DNA of 64,000 nucleotides from Phoronis australis (taxonomy: Eukaryota; Animalia; Phoronida), in assembly GCA_002633005.1 (NCBI GenBank), contig NMRA01000534.1, forward strand, positions 188,382-252,381, in the 5' to 3' direction. The position numbers and the translations under genes were made by a program. Below are positions 52,637-64,000 of this stretch, in pieces (positions within the stretch are counted from its first letter, which is position 1; each line of letters opens with the position of its first letter). The notes under the pieces were generated by a model. That model saw only the letters and a program-made list of their open reading frames with translations, did not search any database and was not told where the DNA came from.

Positions 52637-53533
52637 TCTATCGATGGAGTTAATAAGTCTATCGATTGAGTTAGTAAGTCTATCGATAGAGATAGTAAGT
52701 CTATCGATATAGTTAGTAAGTCTATCGATATAGTTAGTAAGTCTATCGATATAGTTAGTAAGTCTATCGATAGTGTTAGTAAGTCTATCGATATAGTTAG
52801 TAAGTCTATCGATAGAGTTAGTAAGTCTATCGACAGAGTTAGTAAGTCTATCGATATAGTTAGTAAGTCTATCGATTGAGTTAGTAAGTCTTTCGATAGA
52901 GATAGTAAGTCTATCGATAGAGTTAGTAAGTCTAGCGATAGAGTTAGTAAGTCTATCGATATAGTTAGTAAGTCTATCGATAGAGTTAGTAAGTCTATCG
53001 ACAGAGTTAGTAAGTCTATCGATATAGTTAGTAAGTCTATCGATTGAGTTAGTAAGTCTTTCGATAGAGATAGTAAGTCTATCGATAGAGTTAGTAAGTC
53101 TAGCGATAGAGTTAGTAAGTCTATCGATATAGTTAGTAAGTCTATCGATAGAGTTAGTAAGTCTATCGACAGAGTTAGTAAGTCTATCGATATAGTTAGT
53201 AAGTCTATCGATTGAGTTAGTAAGTCTTTCGATAGAGATAGTAAGTCTATCGATAGAGTTAGTAAGTCTAGCGATAGAGTTAGTAAGTCTATCGATATAG
53301 TTAGTAAGTCTATCGATAGAGTTAGTAAGTCTATCGACAGAGTTAGTAAGTCTATCGATATAGTTAGTAAGTCTATCGATTGAGTTAGTAAGTCTTTCGA
53401 TAGAGATAGTAAGTCTATCGATAGAGTTAGTAAGTCTATCGACAGAGTTAGTAAGTCTATCGATATTGTTAGTAAGTCTATTGATTGAGTTAGTAAGTCT
53501 TTCGATAGAGATAGTAAGTCTATCGATAGAGTT
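52637..53533. repeat. 21-bp minisatellite (~43 units) with a 168-bp (8-mer) higher-order repeat
   Basis: Unit TCTATCGATAGAGTTAGTAAG; the same 8-variant order recurs three full times plus a partial fourth, as seen in the translation of ORF 52568..53599. Confidence 0.97.
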
Positions 53534-53581
53534 AACAACGGAGAAAAAAAGTTGTCCTGTCGTCCTTTTACAGCCATCGTA
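53534..53581. mobile_element. IS3EU-like terminus adjoining the 21-bp array
   Basis: AAAAAAA..GTCCTTTTACAGCCATCGTA resembles the MITE end AAAAAAA..GTCCTGTTACAGATACCGTA (35261) and the TACGATGG end at 35339. Confidence 0.65.
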
Positions 53582-54049
53582 AAAATCAGTAGACTGCATG
53601 CAATCTCTACTGTAGCAATTTGTTTTGATAACTTGGTTACCTCGTATGATTTGAGGAGGCTGTTGTTGGTGCGCTCAAATATGGCAGCCCAGCAAAGGAT
53701 TGCAATACACGGTTGGTTTCCAGTATGTTTCAATTTTCATGGCGTCATTAATTTTTGAGCTGACGTTAATGTTATGCGGCAACAGTTTACACTAAAACGC
53801 GATCAGTAGCCGTCGAAATAATTGTTAACATTAAACTGTGCAATGATGAAATATGTCTACTCTGATTGATTGGTCACATTCACTAGCAGATGTCTTGTTA
53901 AAATATACAGCACCAATGGAGAACAAATAGTCGGCGATTTTCACATATTGATTGAAACTAGATTTACATTAATATTTACAGTTCAAACGTTTTATTTGGA
54001 CTAAAAAACATCAATACATGCTCAGTTTCAAATTACGTGATCAATGCGG

Positions 54050-55450
54050 ACAACATGTACATAAAACTCGTGAAACGATCAGAAAGCGTTGGATGTCGAA
54101 GTGCTTGTGACAGTAGGTCATGTAAGCCGCACTTGGAGGAAACTGGGGTTGTGCCCCCACAATGATTTGCTATCGTCAAAGGCAAAACGTTTACAGCGAC
54201 TAGGCGCTGGCGAAAGTGGTGGCGATCGGGGAGGCGTGCGAAAAGGGTTGTGATCGGGAGGCAAGAATCGGTCCAAACGGAAGTTGCATGCGCACCGTGC
54301 CTTGTAATTTCCACCTTCTTACTGGACTGACATATCCCACATGTTACAGAACGTTACGTATTCTTCGTCTCAAACCTTAGTATGTAGTTAACGAAGAGTC
54401 CCAAATCCCTTGTTTTGGTTACTTTTACATTGTTGCAATGGTGAAATCTCAATCTCTTCATTGTCTGATCCCTCCTTGACTAAATCCTGGAAGCTACAAT
54501 TTGTCTGGGCCTGACTCCCACAGAAATTTTGTCCTTGCCATTTGCGGCACTCTGTTTCGCGCTATGACGACCAGATAGGTCCAATTTGACTAAGGATATT
54601 TAAAGTTTAAAGAAACTATTCCTGAATTTTTCAGAAAAAAACATAAAAGGAATTTGACTGTAAAGCAAACTAGATTAAGCTTATTGTCAAATGATGCTCT
54701 TTCGTCACGTACAAATCAAATGTATTGAAAATTACCAGAATTAAGTGTGATATTTTGAAAATAATTTTGAATACCTGGCTGATCTCCAACACAATGGCCG
54801 CCACTGTCGAACGACATTGAACTTCACTTTTTACGGATTGCCAGTAAAATGTCAAATGCACATATGACTATTCGGTAAATGCTTTTATTTTAGTAATATT
54901 TCTCGATTGACACACTTTTTGTGTTCCAAACTTGTGAAAATTCAGAAAACATTACCTTGAAAGAGACACAGCGCACACTTTCAGAGACCCGAGTATGAGA
55001 ACTTAAATTCACCAGCTTCAAACTACAAGTTTCAGTTTTTTAACACAGTAACGCTACAGCCTATGAGCTCCTCCCCTGATAAGAAGTGTTAATTGGTCTC
55101 ATTTCAGAATATGGATTATTTCTTCAGAAAAAAACACAGTCAAAGCAATTAAACCAAAATTCTCCGTTAAAAAGACACTCAATCCTATGTTGTGGCGATC
55201 TCTGCCCGTCCTCGTTCTGTCTACTGCTAATGTACCATTGGTTTTCCAATGATCAAAGCAGTATTCTCTGTCAAATGATGGGTCTAGTGGGTTTTGGTGT
55301 CTGGTCTTTTCCTACACTTGTCGTGTAACTCGCCTGAAGCGTTAGTCACGGTCGAAGAAGTAGCAGTCTGTTGTAAGGATTTTCCAACCTTCCGGTAATT
55401 TTTTGAAGGCTGGCTACGGATACAGGGCATTGTCTTATGTTAGCGAGCAA
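54050..55450 (-). pseudogene. Very decayed non-LTR RT fragments, interrupted around 54600-55150
   Basis: Ordered, frameshifted motifs PVSVAS..GRLE..YNRLL, HLTEN, RTKFL/GV, SFQDLVK, KKVE..LPITTL. Confidence 0.35.
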
Positions 55451-55637
55451 GATGGATAAAAACATGTTTATAGACCAAAACCCTGATTTAGCATCCTTTT
55501 ACAAACACAGTTGTGTCCCAAAATAATCGTCACATTAGCTGTGTGCCCAGGATATCCACGCGCAGTGCTAAATATCAATCAATACAAAGTCACAGAGTAT
55601 TTATAAGCGTGTTACAATACAAAGTCACTAGGTATTT

Positions 55638-56334
55638 CAAGGTACCTAAACTACACGGTCAACGGACTCAAAAACACGGGAACGGACGCATGAACACGAC
55701 TCACGGACCGGCAAACACCGTCCACTGACTCACAAACACGGGAACGGACTCACAAAACACGATCCACGCACCCAAATACACGGGACACGGACTCATATTC
55801 ACGAGGAAACACGGTTAACGGACCGCCAAACACGATCCACGCCGATAAAGCATGCCATAAACACGGGACACGGACTCATCGCCTTCCTAGGTCAGCCTCA
55901 AGATGGCGTTAATCTGCTTAGCGATCAGCGCTCTCTTGAGGCTTGCGGACGAGGATGTTACAAACAGGTTTGGAAAGTCAATAAATTTCAGAACGAATAA
56001 TTAGTTTCAATAATGTTTATTGTTTCTAAATCACAACAATTACATCACAGTACAGACAAAAATAACATCAAAAATATATTTAATCTCGCACCCATTACAC
56101 AGCTGTCAACGCTGAAGTTGACATTTTGTCCGTTGACCGTGTTTGGCGGTCCGTTAACCGTGTTTCCTCGTGAATATGAGTCCGTGTCCCGTGTATTTGG
56201 GTGCGTGGATCGTGTTTTGTGAGTCCGTTCCCGTGTTTGTGAGTCAGTGGACGGTGTTTGCCGGTCCGTGAGTCGTGTTCATGCGTCCGTTCCCGTGTTT
56301 TTGAGTCCGTTGACCGTGTAGTTTAGGTACCTTG
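55638..56334. mobile_element. Young foldback-type DNA element with 197-bp TIRs and 5-bp TSD
   Basis: 55638-55834 is the reverse complement of 56138-56334 with no mismatch seen; termini CAAGG/CCTTG; TATTT on both sides; TIRs built from ~20-bp ACACGG..ACGGAC subrepeats. Confidence 0.92.
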
Positions 56335-56822
56335 TATTTATTAGCATGTTAATCATGACGTATTGGTGTAACCTTCTGCAGGGATCGTATCTCTAGACTT
56401 TCATAGAGAGACGCCATAAAATTCAGTTTTATCGCAACTGAACATTTAGCAATCATGCGTAAGTTAAAGTCGCAATAAATCAGGCTCTGGTGCAGAAACA
56501 CATTTTTCTTCAATTCGTGTTTCGTCGTCTCAATTAAGCAACGACATCGCGTCCTTATTCTTTGTTTTGATTGAAATTGCTGGTAACAAAACACCTGTAA
56601 TTCCCGTGACGGTCACAGTGAGGTTGGCGGCTGAAACTAAGCGGCCGTGACAGACAATCGTAATGAAGTAATATCGATCTTCCAGATATTCTCAAGCCTA
56701 TAAAAGGTTTCTAAGACGTATTTGGGGATAAAATGAGGGCGACTTCATATCATTAAGGGACCAAACGGACCGCGCGGGTTTATTGCACCTTTAAAGAGCT
56801 GAAATACAACGGGAGAACTTTC

Positions 56823-57008
56823 CACGATTGGCGACTAGCCTGTCCTGGTACATCGTATACACGATTGGCGACTAGCCTGTCCTGGTACATCGTATACACG
56901 ATTGGCAAGTAGCCTGTCCTGGTACATCGTATACACGATTGGCGACTAGCCTGTCCTGGTACATAGTATACACGATTGGCGACTAGCTTGTCCTGGTACA
57001 TCGTATAC
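56823..57008. repeat. 37-bp tandem repeat, 5 copies
   Basis: Unit CACGATTGGCGACTAGCCTGTCCTGGTACATCGTATA, no spacers. Confidence 0.95.
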
Positions 57009-58753
57009 AAAACTGAATGTTTAAAGCTGCATTTTGCGCTGTTTCGCTGTCTATTGCTAACCGAAGTTCTTTGAGGTTTAAAAACATTAACATGTCCGCG
57101 CGCATCCCGGCGATCTTGAATTGATACCGAATTTGCGGGGAACTCAAGTCATAGGCAATGCGCACATGCGCCGTTTTCTATGTTTGGCTGAACCCAATAA
57201 ACTCTGAAGTTTTCTTGAGTCGCCGACGGTTACGATGTTCTTCTTGATAACGGAAAAATAATCATATCCGGGTAAGTAATGTAATGAGACCAATTTTGTG
57301 GGAGCAAAAATACTAATTCGATTTTCGTTTTTAACCACCTAAACAGGGCACAAAGCAGCTTTAAAGAATGGCTGGTGAGGACGAACAGGCGAGCTGATTG
57401 CGTACGCTCCGTAAAGTACGAGTATTTCCATAACATCTGTAATTTTTACAGAAGTTTTAAAACCCCTAGGCTACTGAGCGAGTTCAGCGTAGCCTGATCA
57501 GTTTTGAATTACACATCCACCAATTAATTAAAAACTGAAATAACATAATTAGATAATGTTTGCATGAACAATATAATTATCACTTCAAGGCACTAAAACA
57601 TGTACTGACTCATCAGTTCTAATGCCTCATTAAATTCTTCAAGAGGCCTAAAGGGTACAAGTTTATTCTTGCAATGACATCCAGGGGTTAGTTGTCAGGA
57701 AAATAGTAATTGAAATGTTGGACTTGCACGGAGACTAAACAACCGCCACTGTCAATAATAAAGAATCAACTAAACGATACAAAAGTCGACTTACCGTCAA
57801 TTCATGAAGCAGGCGGCCTATGTTAATGGTGCTTTTGTTTGGTTTGGCATCCAGTACATTTGTGACGATTCCAACGGGTTTGAAAGCTTTAATGCTCTGC
57901 ACAAACGGAATTTACGTGCTAAAAACGCAAGTTCGGGACGAGGCCAATAGGATATAGGGGTGTTAGGTTGCCGTGATAAATCAGCCAGCACTTGATTGTC
58001 ACATTAATGTTTATGATGATGACGTCGTCTGTTGTGCATAGCCAAGAAAATATTCGTTTGAGACCATTTCATTTGGGAGGAGTCTTGCTTGCAGAGTTCT
58101 GAAGGAGACAATGTAAGGAGCTCACGAAATCGACGATTTGTGGTGGTGCCTTCACGTTATCGGTTACATTACTTACTAAGTGATGTGTGTCATAAAAATC
58201 CAGACAGAACAACATTTTTGAGCTACAGCTGAAAACATATCTGCAAATTAATGGAAAAATTGCCAGCCAGCCTGTAAGCGGACAAAAACGGGCCTCTCAT
58301 TGTTCAATGGGGGTACCAAGACGTCTAAAATAACCTGTCTGAAAAAGACAACGGTTTATCTGTTGGGTGCGATAAGTTTACCTACTTATTGCTGAGTGAA
58401 TATAAAAACACACGTTACTGAAACGACATTAAACGCTTTCAGGACTGTCTTTTATTTCTTTAATCGGGCTTGGGTCAGATTTGACCCCTATTAAGTTTTT
58501 CAGCGCAACTGAAGGAATTCGTTAATTAATGAGGTCGTGGCACTCAAGTAAAGTGAAACACAACAAGTAAGCTCATTGAAGACGTTTTAGTGGGGAAATG
58601 AGGTTAAATGCCAGTACGGATCTCTAGATGGCCTCTCTCATTCCCATGAAGAGCCATGTTAAAACAGAGAAAGTGTCTGCATTTTTCTAGATTGTATAAA
58701 CGGTAATTTGGTGTGGGCAAATAAACAAACTGACCCGTCATTCGTGTAAGTCT

Positions 58754-59029
58754 CATGCGCGCACACAGCTTAAAATATAGGAGGGATCGAATTTCTCGGT
58801 ATGGGGACCTTTTACTGAACAAAATAAACGAGGAATAAAAAAAAAAAAAACGGGGCCACTAGGTTCAGGCCTACGAATTGTGCATCTGCGCCCGATTTCC
58901 TTTGTCCTTTGTGGACTTTTGTGTCGTTTACTCGCACTTTTGTTCACTGAGGCGGACCTTCTTGCCAAATTGGGGGGGCTCATTAGAGCCCCCCGAGCTC
59001 CCCCAGCCCTCCCCCTGGGTGCGCCCATG
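58754..59029. mobile_element. 276-bp CATG-ended MITE (hAT5-like)
   Basis: TIR CATGCGCGCAC/GTGCGCCCATG; 5-bp flanks AGTCT/AGTCA; right end similar to the 73-bp elements. Confidence 0.6.
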
Positions 59030-59139
59030 AGTCAACCCGATGTCAATTTCTCTTAGATGACCAAACGAGAACCGATATTTTCACGAGTTACAGAACGTGC
59101 GCTTTAAACATACTTTTTCCTGTAAATTCACCAATTCAG

Positions 59140-60121
59140 AGCACAAGATGAGTTTCATCATCGAAAGATATCACTAAAATCTAAACATTTCGTAAAGTTC
59201 AGTCTTGTTTGCGCTTGCCTTATTTTACTACTATTATTTTTTAAAGTGGGCGGAGTTTTCCGCAGAAACGTCATTGCGTATGACAGCAGTTGACTGAGCT
59301 TCCGTAATGCATGAGGTAGCTGCCACTCACTACGTATGTGGTGGTGCACCACCAATAGCAAAAATTAAATTGAAAAATCATATTAAATTCAGTTAAGTTC
59401 GAGAATATTTAGGCTATTGTTGAATGAGGATTATTTGGCGTTAAAATCCGTTTTATGAAGTTTCTAACTAAAATGAAGAGGGAAGAGTATGTTTAAAGGA
59501 CGGATTGAGGCTTGCTGCTTGCACATGCTTTTGACATCATCAAAATGCTTAAAGTGACATTATCGGCAAGAAAAGTGCTTTTCCGTAATCAGCCTTTACG
59601 CGAAATCACACTAACAACCTCAGCGGTAGCGGTCTAACCCAGAGTTGGCGGTCGATGCTAAACCTTACTCGTTAAGTGATACAGTATGATAAAAATACTC
59701 TTAACTTTACATTCACTAATTTAGAAGACAGGATGAGTTTGGGCAGTAGAAACATGTCACCACAATATTAACATTTCGTTACTTTTAGCCCTGTTTATAT
59801 TTGGCTTATTTTACTATTTTAAAAGTTCTTAAAGTTTTTTTAAAAAGTGCTCGGGTTTCCGAGGAAACCTCATTACACATGGCGGCAAGTGAGTGAGTAC
59901 CCATAATGCATAAGTCAGCTGTCACTCACTACGGTCACGATTTTAGGTAGTGGTGCATCAAAAAAATATAAAGTAAACAAAAAATTTCATATTAAATCCA
60001 CCTAAGATTGAAAATATTTGAAGTTGTGATGAATGAGCATTTAAATTTTGACTGAACTAACTTGCAGTGAAATCCGTCTCATGAAGTTTTTAACTAAAAT
60101 GAAGTAGAAAGAGTACCTTAA
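59140..60121 (+). mobile_element. Two adjacent diverged copies of a TTAA-ended MITE (~59140-59496 and 59549-60121)
   Basis: Shared blocks AACATTTCGT, TAATGCAT..CACTCACTACG, CATATTAAAT, AACTAAAATGAAG; ends GAGTATGTTTAA and GAGTACCTTAA. Confidence 0.7.
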
Positions 60122-61079
60122 AACGTATTTATCTGGTAAAGTCACCGTCCTTGATTTCAACAAATGGCTGGTACACAGCGGAGAGAATTGGGGGATTTAT
60201 AATAAAAAAAAACAAAAGACGACATATTTTAACTTCCAAAAAGTGGAAGAAAAACGGATGTACGGTTTGTTTGACCACAGGCACCTTTAAGCAGCCCTCA
60301 ACTATACACTAAATAAAGAGAAATGTACTCGACTGCTATTCAATATGGCCGTCTGCCGGGCACTTCCGGAATAACTAAAAGAATGTAAAATCTCAGAGTA
60401 ATTTAACTAAACATTTTATCTGCGACAGCAACACCGTTCATTGCTTCCATTTGTTGACATATAAACCAATAAAAACAATACATACCTCCAGATTTTCCTA
60501 GTTCAGTCGCCAACATTCACGGCAAAGCGAAGAGCGCAAAATCGCTTCATTCGGTATCATCGAATGCGCATGCTCATAAGGCTCCTCGCGACATCTTCAG
60601 AACGCTTACATCAACTAAAATCAGCAACATTACTCAAGGTGCACGTTGATTGGGTATAAGAAAAGTAGGTCAAAATTTCAAGGGGGCCTTCCAATTTTCT
60701 TTCATTTGTCCAAATCATTAGCCTTGTATGTGAATTAATTATTGTAGGCCTATTTGGTTATTGTATTGTATTGGATTTGAGGGTAAACGGTAACATTGTA
60801 GTGTGACCTGCTCCACTAGTTTACTCTGCCTCTACTATTGTTGTTGTTCTCTTTTGATGTGCAACTTGGGAGGTGTGCACCTCTTATTATAAGTTCCCAC
60901 TGCTGGAGTACGCGATACATTGGCTGCAACAGGTGAGTGACAGATGACTCATACATATGTCGCGCGTGCTGTCCCAGAAATGAGGGCTTGAGAATTTCTT
61001 GCCGACTTATGATTACTGCGATGCAAGACAAGTTGTGACCGTCGTTTGGCAAGTAACAGCCAAGGGTTGTCATCTTCAC

Positions 61080-62260
61080 GTATGTTTTTGCGAACACACC
61101 AACGAACCGTTTATCAATGTCTTGGATGATGAGACATCGCCGGTTAAAGTGTTCACACAAATCGAACAGTTGAATTCCAACAAAGCTGCCGGCGTGGATG
61201 GTTTGTCACCTGGTATTCTCAAACGTTTTGATAAAGATTGGATAGTGTTTCGTAATGACTTTCTCAATAGCGTTTTCAGAGGCAATTAACCTGAATCATG
61301 GAAACACGTTTAAGTTTTTAATATCTACAAGAAACGAGATTGCCTCGATCCACGCAACTATGGAGGTATAATTATCATGAACCATTTAGCCGAAGTGTAT
61401 GTCTCTATTCTCGCGGAGCGTATACTGCTATGGCAGCGCTCTCATTAAGAGCAGGCAGGGGCACAAAAGGGACGTGGTTGCGAAGAGTACATCCTACATG
61501 TACAGTAGCTACTAGACTTCTTATCGACATTGCTAAAAAAACGAAAAAGCAATTGTACATTGCCGTCATCGACTACGAGAAAGCATATGATAAAGTTGAT
61601 AGGAACTCTGTTAAACATACTAGAACACAATGGATGCTGCTTTCGCTTTCTCAAAGCCCTGAAAAATCTCTCAGCCCATCCCTTTGCGAACTCGACACTT
61701 TACTACCAATATGGGCGTTAAACAAGGAGCCACTGTTCACATTCTTCATTGACACAACCGTTGAGGCTATAGCCGCTACAGGAAATGATTCTTGGATAGA
61801 AAACTTACATTGCTTGACACAACTATTTTCGCCTCATCGAGAGAAAAACTACTACGTAAGCCGGAAGCTCAAAAAACCCATGCAGACGGAGTCTGTATGA
61901 TTAAACACCTACAAAATCAACTGACAACACAACCGACACAACAACTTTTGGATTAAGCAAAGGTGTAGAAATCCAGCACAGCCACCAATATTGTTACCTG
62001 GGATCACTAATAGCTGTCAAATCAGTGCCAAGAATCCAAGTCCTCTTGCACGCCACATATAAAGAGAGTCAATTGCTCAAGTTCTCAGTCTTTTCGTTCA
62101 AAAATAGCGACGCCCCTGTCAGAGTCACGAAAACAGTTTGGAGCGCTTGAGTATCGTCAGCTCTTTTGTACAGTTGCGAAACTTGGCTTTAGGAATCCAA
62201 CCCTGAAATCGAAACGTTGTATAATGTCAGTTTGAAAAGGTTAGTCGGTGTCTAGAACTC
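61080..62260 (+). pseudogene. Non-LTR retrotransposon ORF2 reverse transcriptase, disrupted
   Basis: NKAAGVDGLSPGILK, PESWK..IYKK..DPRNYGGI, QAGAQKGRGCEE, RLLIDIAKK..YIAVIDYEKAYDKVDR, GVKQG, YCYLGS, LLYSCETW; several stops and frameshifts, and the catalytic DD motif is lost. Confidence 0.92.
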
Positions 62261-62560
62261 TAGCCCTGGATTTACAACTCCTGTACGTGACCTGCGTGTT
62301 CTAATACATAGACATCTTTGTGATGTCTATGGTTCTATTATTAAAGCTTGTGCCCCTGAGATAAGCCGCGAGAGTTTGCACTGAGAATTTCCGGCAGTCT
62401 ACTCGACTGGGTTTTGATCAAGTGTTGTAGTTACCAAATCAAGCCTAATTTAATTGCTTTATTTTCACCAAGCGAGACTCTTGGGGTACGATTCCACACA
62501 ATCAGCGATTTCTCGGTAAAGTTACTCAACAAACCCGACAATGACACTGGCCATTCTTTA

Positions 62561-64000
62561 TAAGCATCGACCTGTGGCCCTGGGTAGTTGTCGGGAGTAG
62601 TTTGGCCTGCGATATCCTTTCTGCTCCAGTCGTAGGCAATAGTCCATTCGACTCTAGGAAGCCTAGAAAATCACTTCCGTGGCCACTTCTTTGGGGCAAG
62701 ATAATTTTGGTGTTTATAAGGTCATTAAGTACTATACTTTAAGAATTTAAAAAGTTCCCAACTTTTAACATGTATATTTTCGAGAAATTTGACCTAAAAA
62801 ATCTGACTTTTTTCAAAATTTGGCACAGAAAACCAATCTTCAAAAACCAACAACACTAGACAAAAACTGAATGATAACTTGATTGGGTTTTATTCATTTG
62901 AAGTTATCGGACAAGAAAAGTGATAAATATTATGACACTAGGTGAAAAATTGTTCAAAAAGAGAAAAAGAAAAAAATAGTAGAAAACATACTACTATATT
63001 CTGCACTACCAACCAAACAATACTGTTAACCATTTGGAACTTAATAAAAATTTGATATCACAACCTACATATGAACAACATACAATTCCAACGCTTCTGC
63101 AAGGAATTCACTCTCATCACTTTTATTGATTGTCACAATTAATTATCATTATTGTTTTTTGACTGAGACATCATGTTCACACTGTCTGGACAGTCACACA
63201 ACTCAGAACATGACATGCCCGACTTCAAACAAGAGCATATTTTTTACTATAATCACTTCTTTTACACTTGTCATTAACATTTTTCATGGCATTTTCTGGT
63301 GCTAAAGGCAGAGTCATCCAGTTGAGCTTCAGACTACCCTGCTCCAAAAGCCACCCATACCAACTGGAGATGGTGCACTGACATGCTGTTGCAAGGCTCG
63401 TTTGTGAATGGCACACTGGTAGTTTGCTCTTTTGGCATGTAACAGCAAACAATCATGATTAGGAGGCAGAGATGATTCCATCACAGATTACAACCTGAAT
63501 ATGTGGTAGCGTGCGTTGTTAACTGTTGATGAGTCGCCGTACAGCTTTCATACGGTTCAATGTCTTCCATGAGTTAACTATGAAACACAAGTTTTGAGCC
63601 CAACTTTAAGGACAAAGACAAAGTTAAAAAATATCTCTGCAAGACTGCACCCTACCCGAAATAAAAAAGTTTTGACATCCTGAATACCGTTTCACCTAAA
63701 CAACTTGTTACAGTAATCCTATTTAACTGAAATTGATAACCAAAATGCTCTTCACAGTATAGCCAACAACTGAAATTTCATTTTGTCTAAGTGCTCAGCA
63801 AAAATAAGCATTAAGAGAAATAAGCATTGATTGCACTGTGCAGTTGCCTTCAAACAATTTAAAACAGAAACATTTTTATCATCCTTAATACTGTAGTTCA
63901 GCCTTTGAAAATAGAGGAATGGTCACGTTGACAATAGTTTTTGTTTGAAATTGAAAAGCGCCTTTTTTACCGTAGAGCTAAAATTTATTTTGACGCTTCC
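62561..64000 (-). mobile_element. Academ-like DNA transposon remnant (boundaries uncertain)
   Basis: Contains an Academ-type transposase C-terminus; the putative terminus TAAGCATCGACC at 62561 is inferred only. Confidence 0.5.
63175..63575 (-). pseudogene. Academ-type transposase C-terminus with Cys-rich (CXC) tail
   Basis: LYGDSSTVNNARYHIF..LPPNHDCLLLHAKRANYQCAIHKRAL..PSPVG/YGW..LKLNWMTLPLAP..KCKR../CLKSGMSCSELCDC; one stop and two frameshifts. Confidence 0.85.

Noticed and set aside
56823-57008. 37-bp repeats (and 39-bp repeats at 19054-19175) as CRISPR arrays
   Set aside because: The units are directly adjacent with no unique spacers, there are no cas genes, and the context is eukaryotic.

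Overview
This is AT-rich eukaryotic genomic DNA, most likely from an invertebrate animal, with three assembly gaps and no intact protein-coding gene that I can support. It is mostly nested transposon remains. DNA transposon types: TTAA-flanked Kolobok-like non-autonomous elements, PIF/Harbinger- and ISL2EU-like MITEs (one with a THAP remnant), IS3EU-like elements (one with a transposase remnant), an Academ transposase C-terminus, hAT5-like mini-elements with 5-bp TSDs, MULE-like MITEs, Crypton-like elements ending in long hairpins, and a Helentron-like (HINE) element. There are also several decayed LINE reverse transcriptases, microsatellites and minisatellites. The most notable structures are: (i) a ~43-copy 21-bp array with a 168-bp higher-order repeat that appears to have expanded from the subterminal repeat of an IS3EU-like MITE, whose unexpanded relative is in the same window; (ii) a Helentron-like element carrying about nine co-oriented CTCF-consensus motifs at ~145-bp spacing; (iii) hairpin-ended elements, one family carrying an internal tRNA-derived Pol III promoter. 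All superfamily assignments were made by eye from termini, TSDs and protein motifs and need database confirmation.
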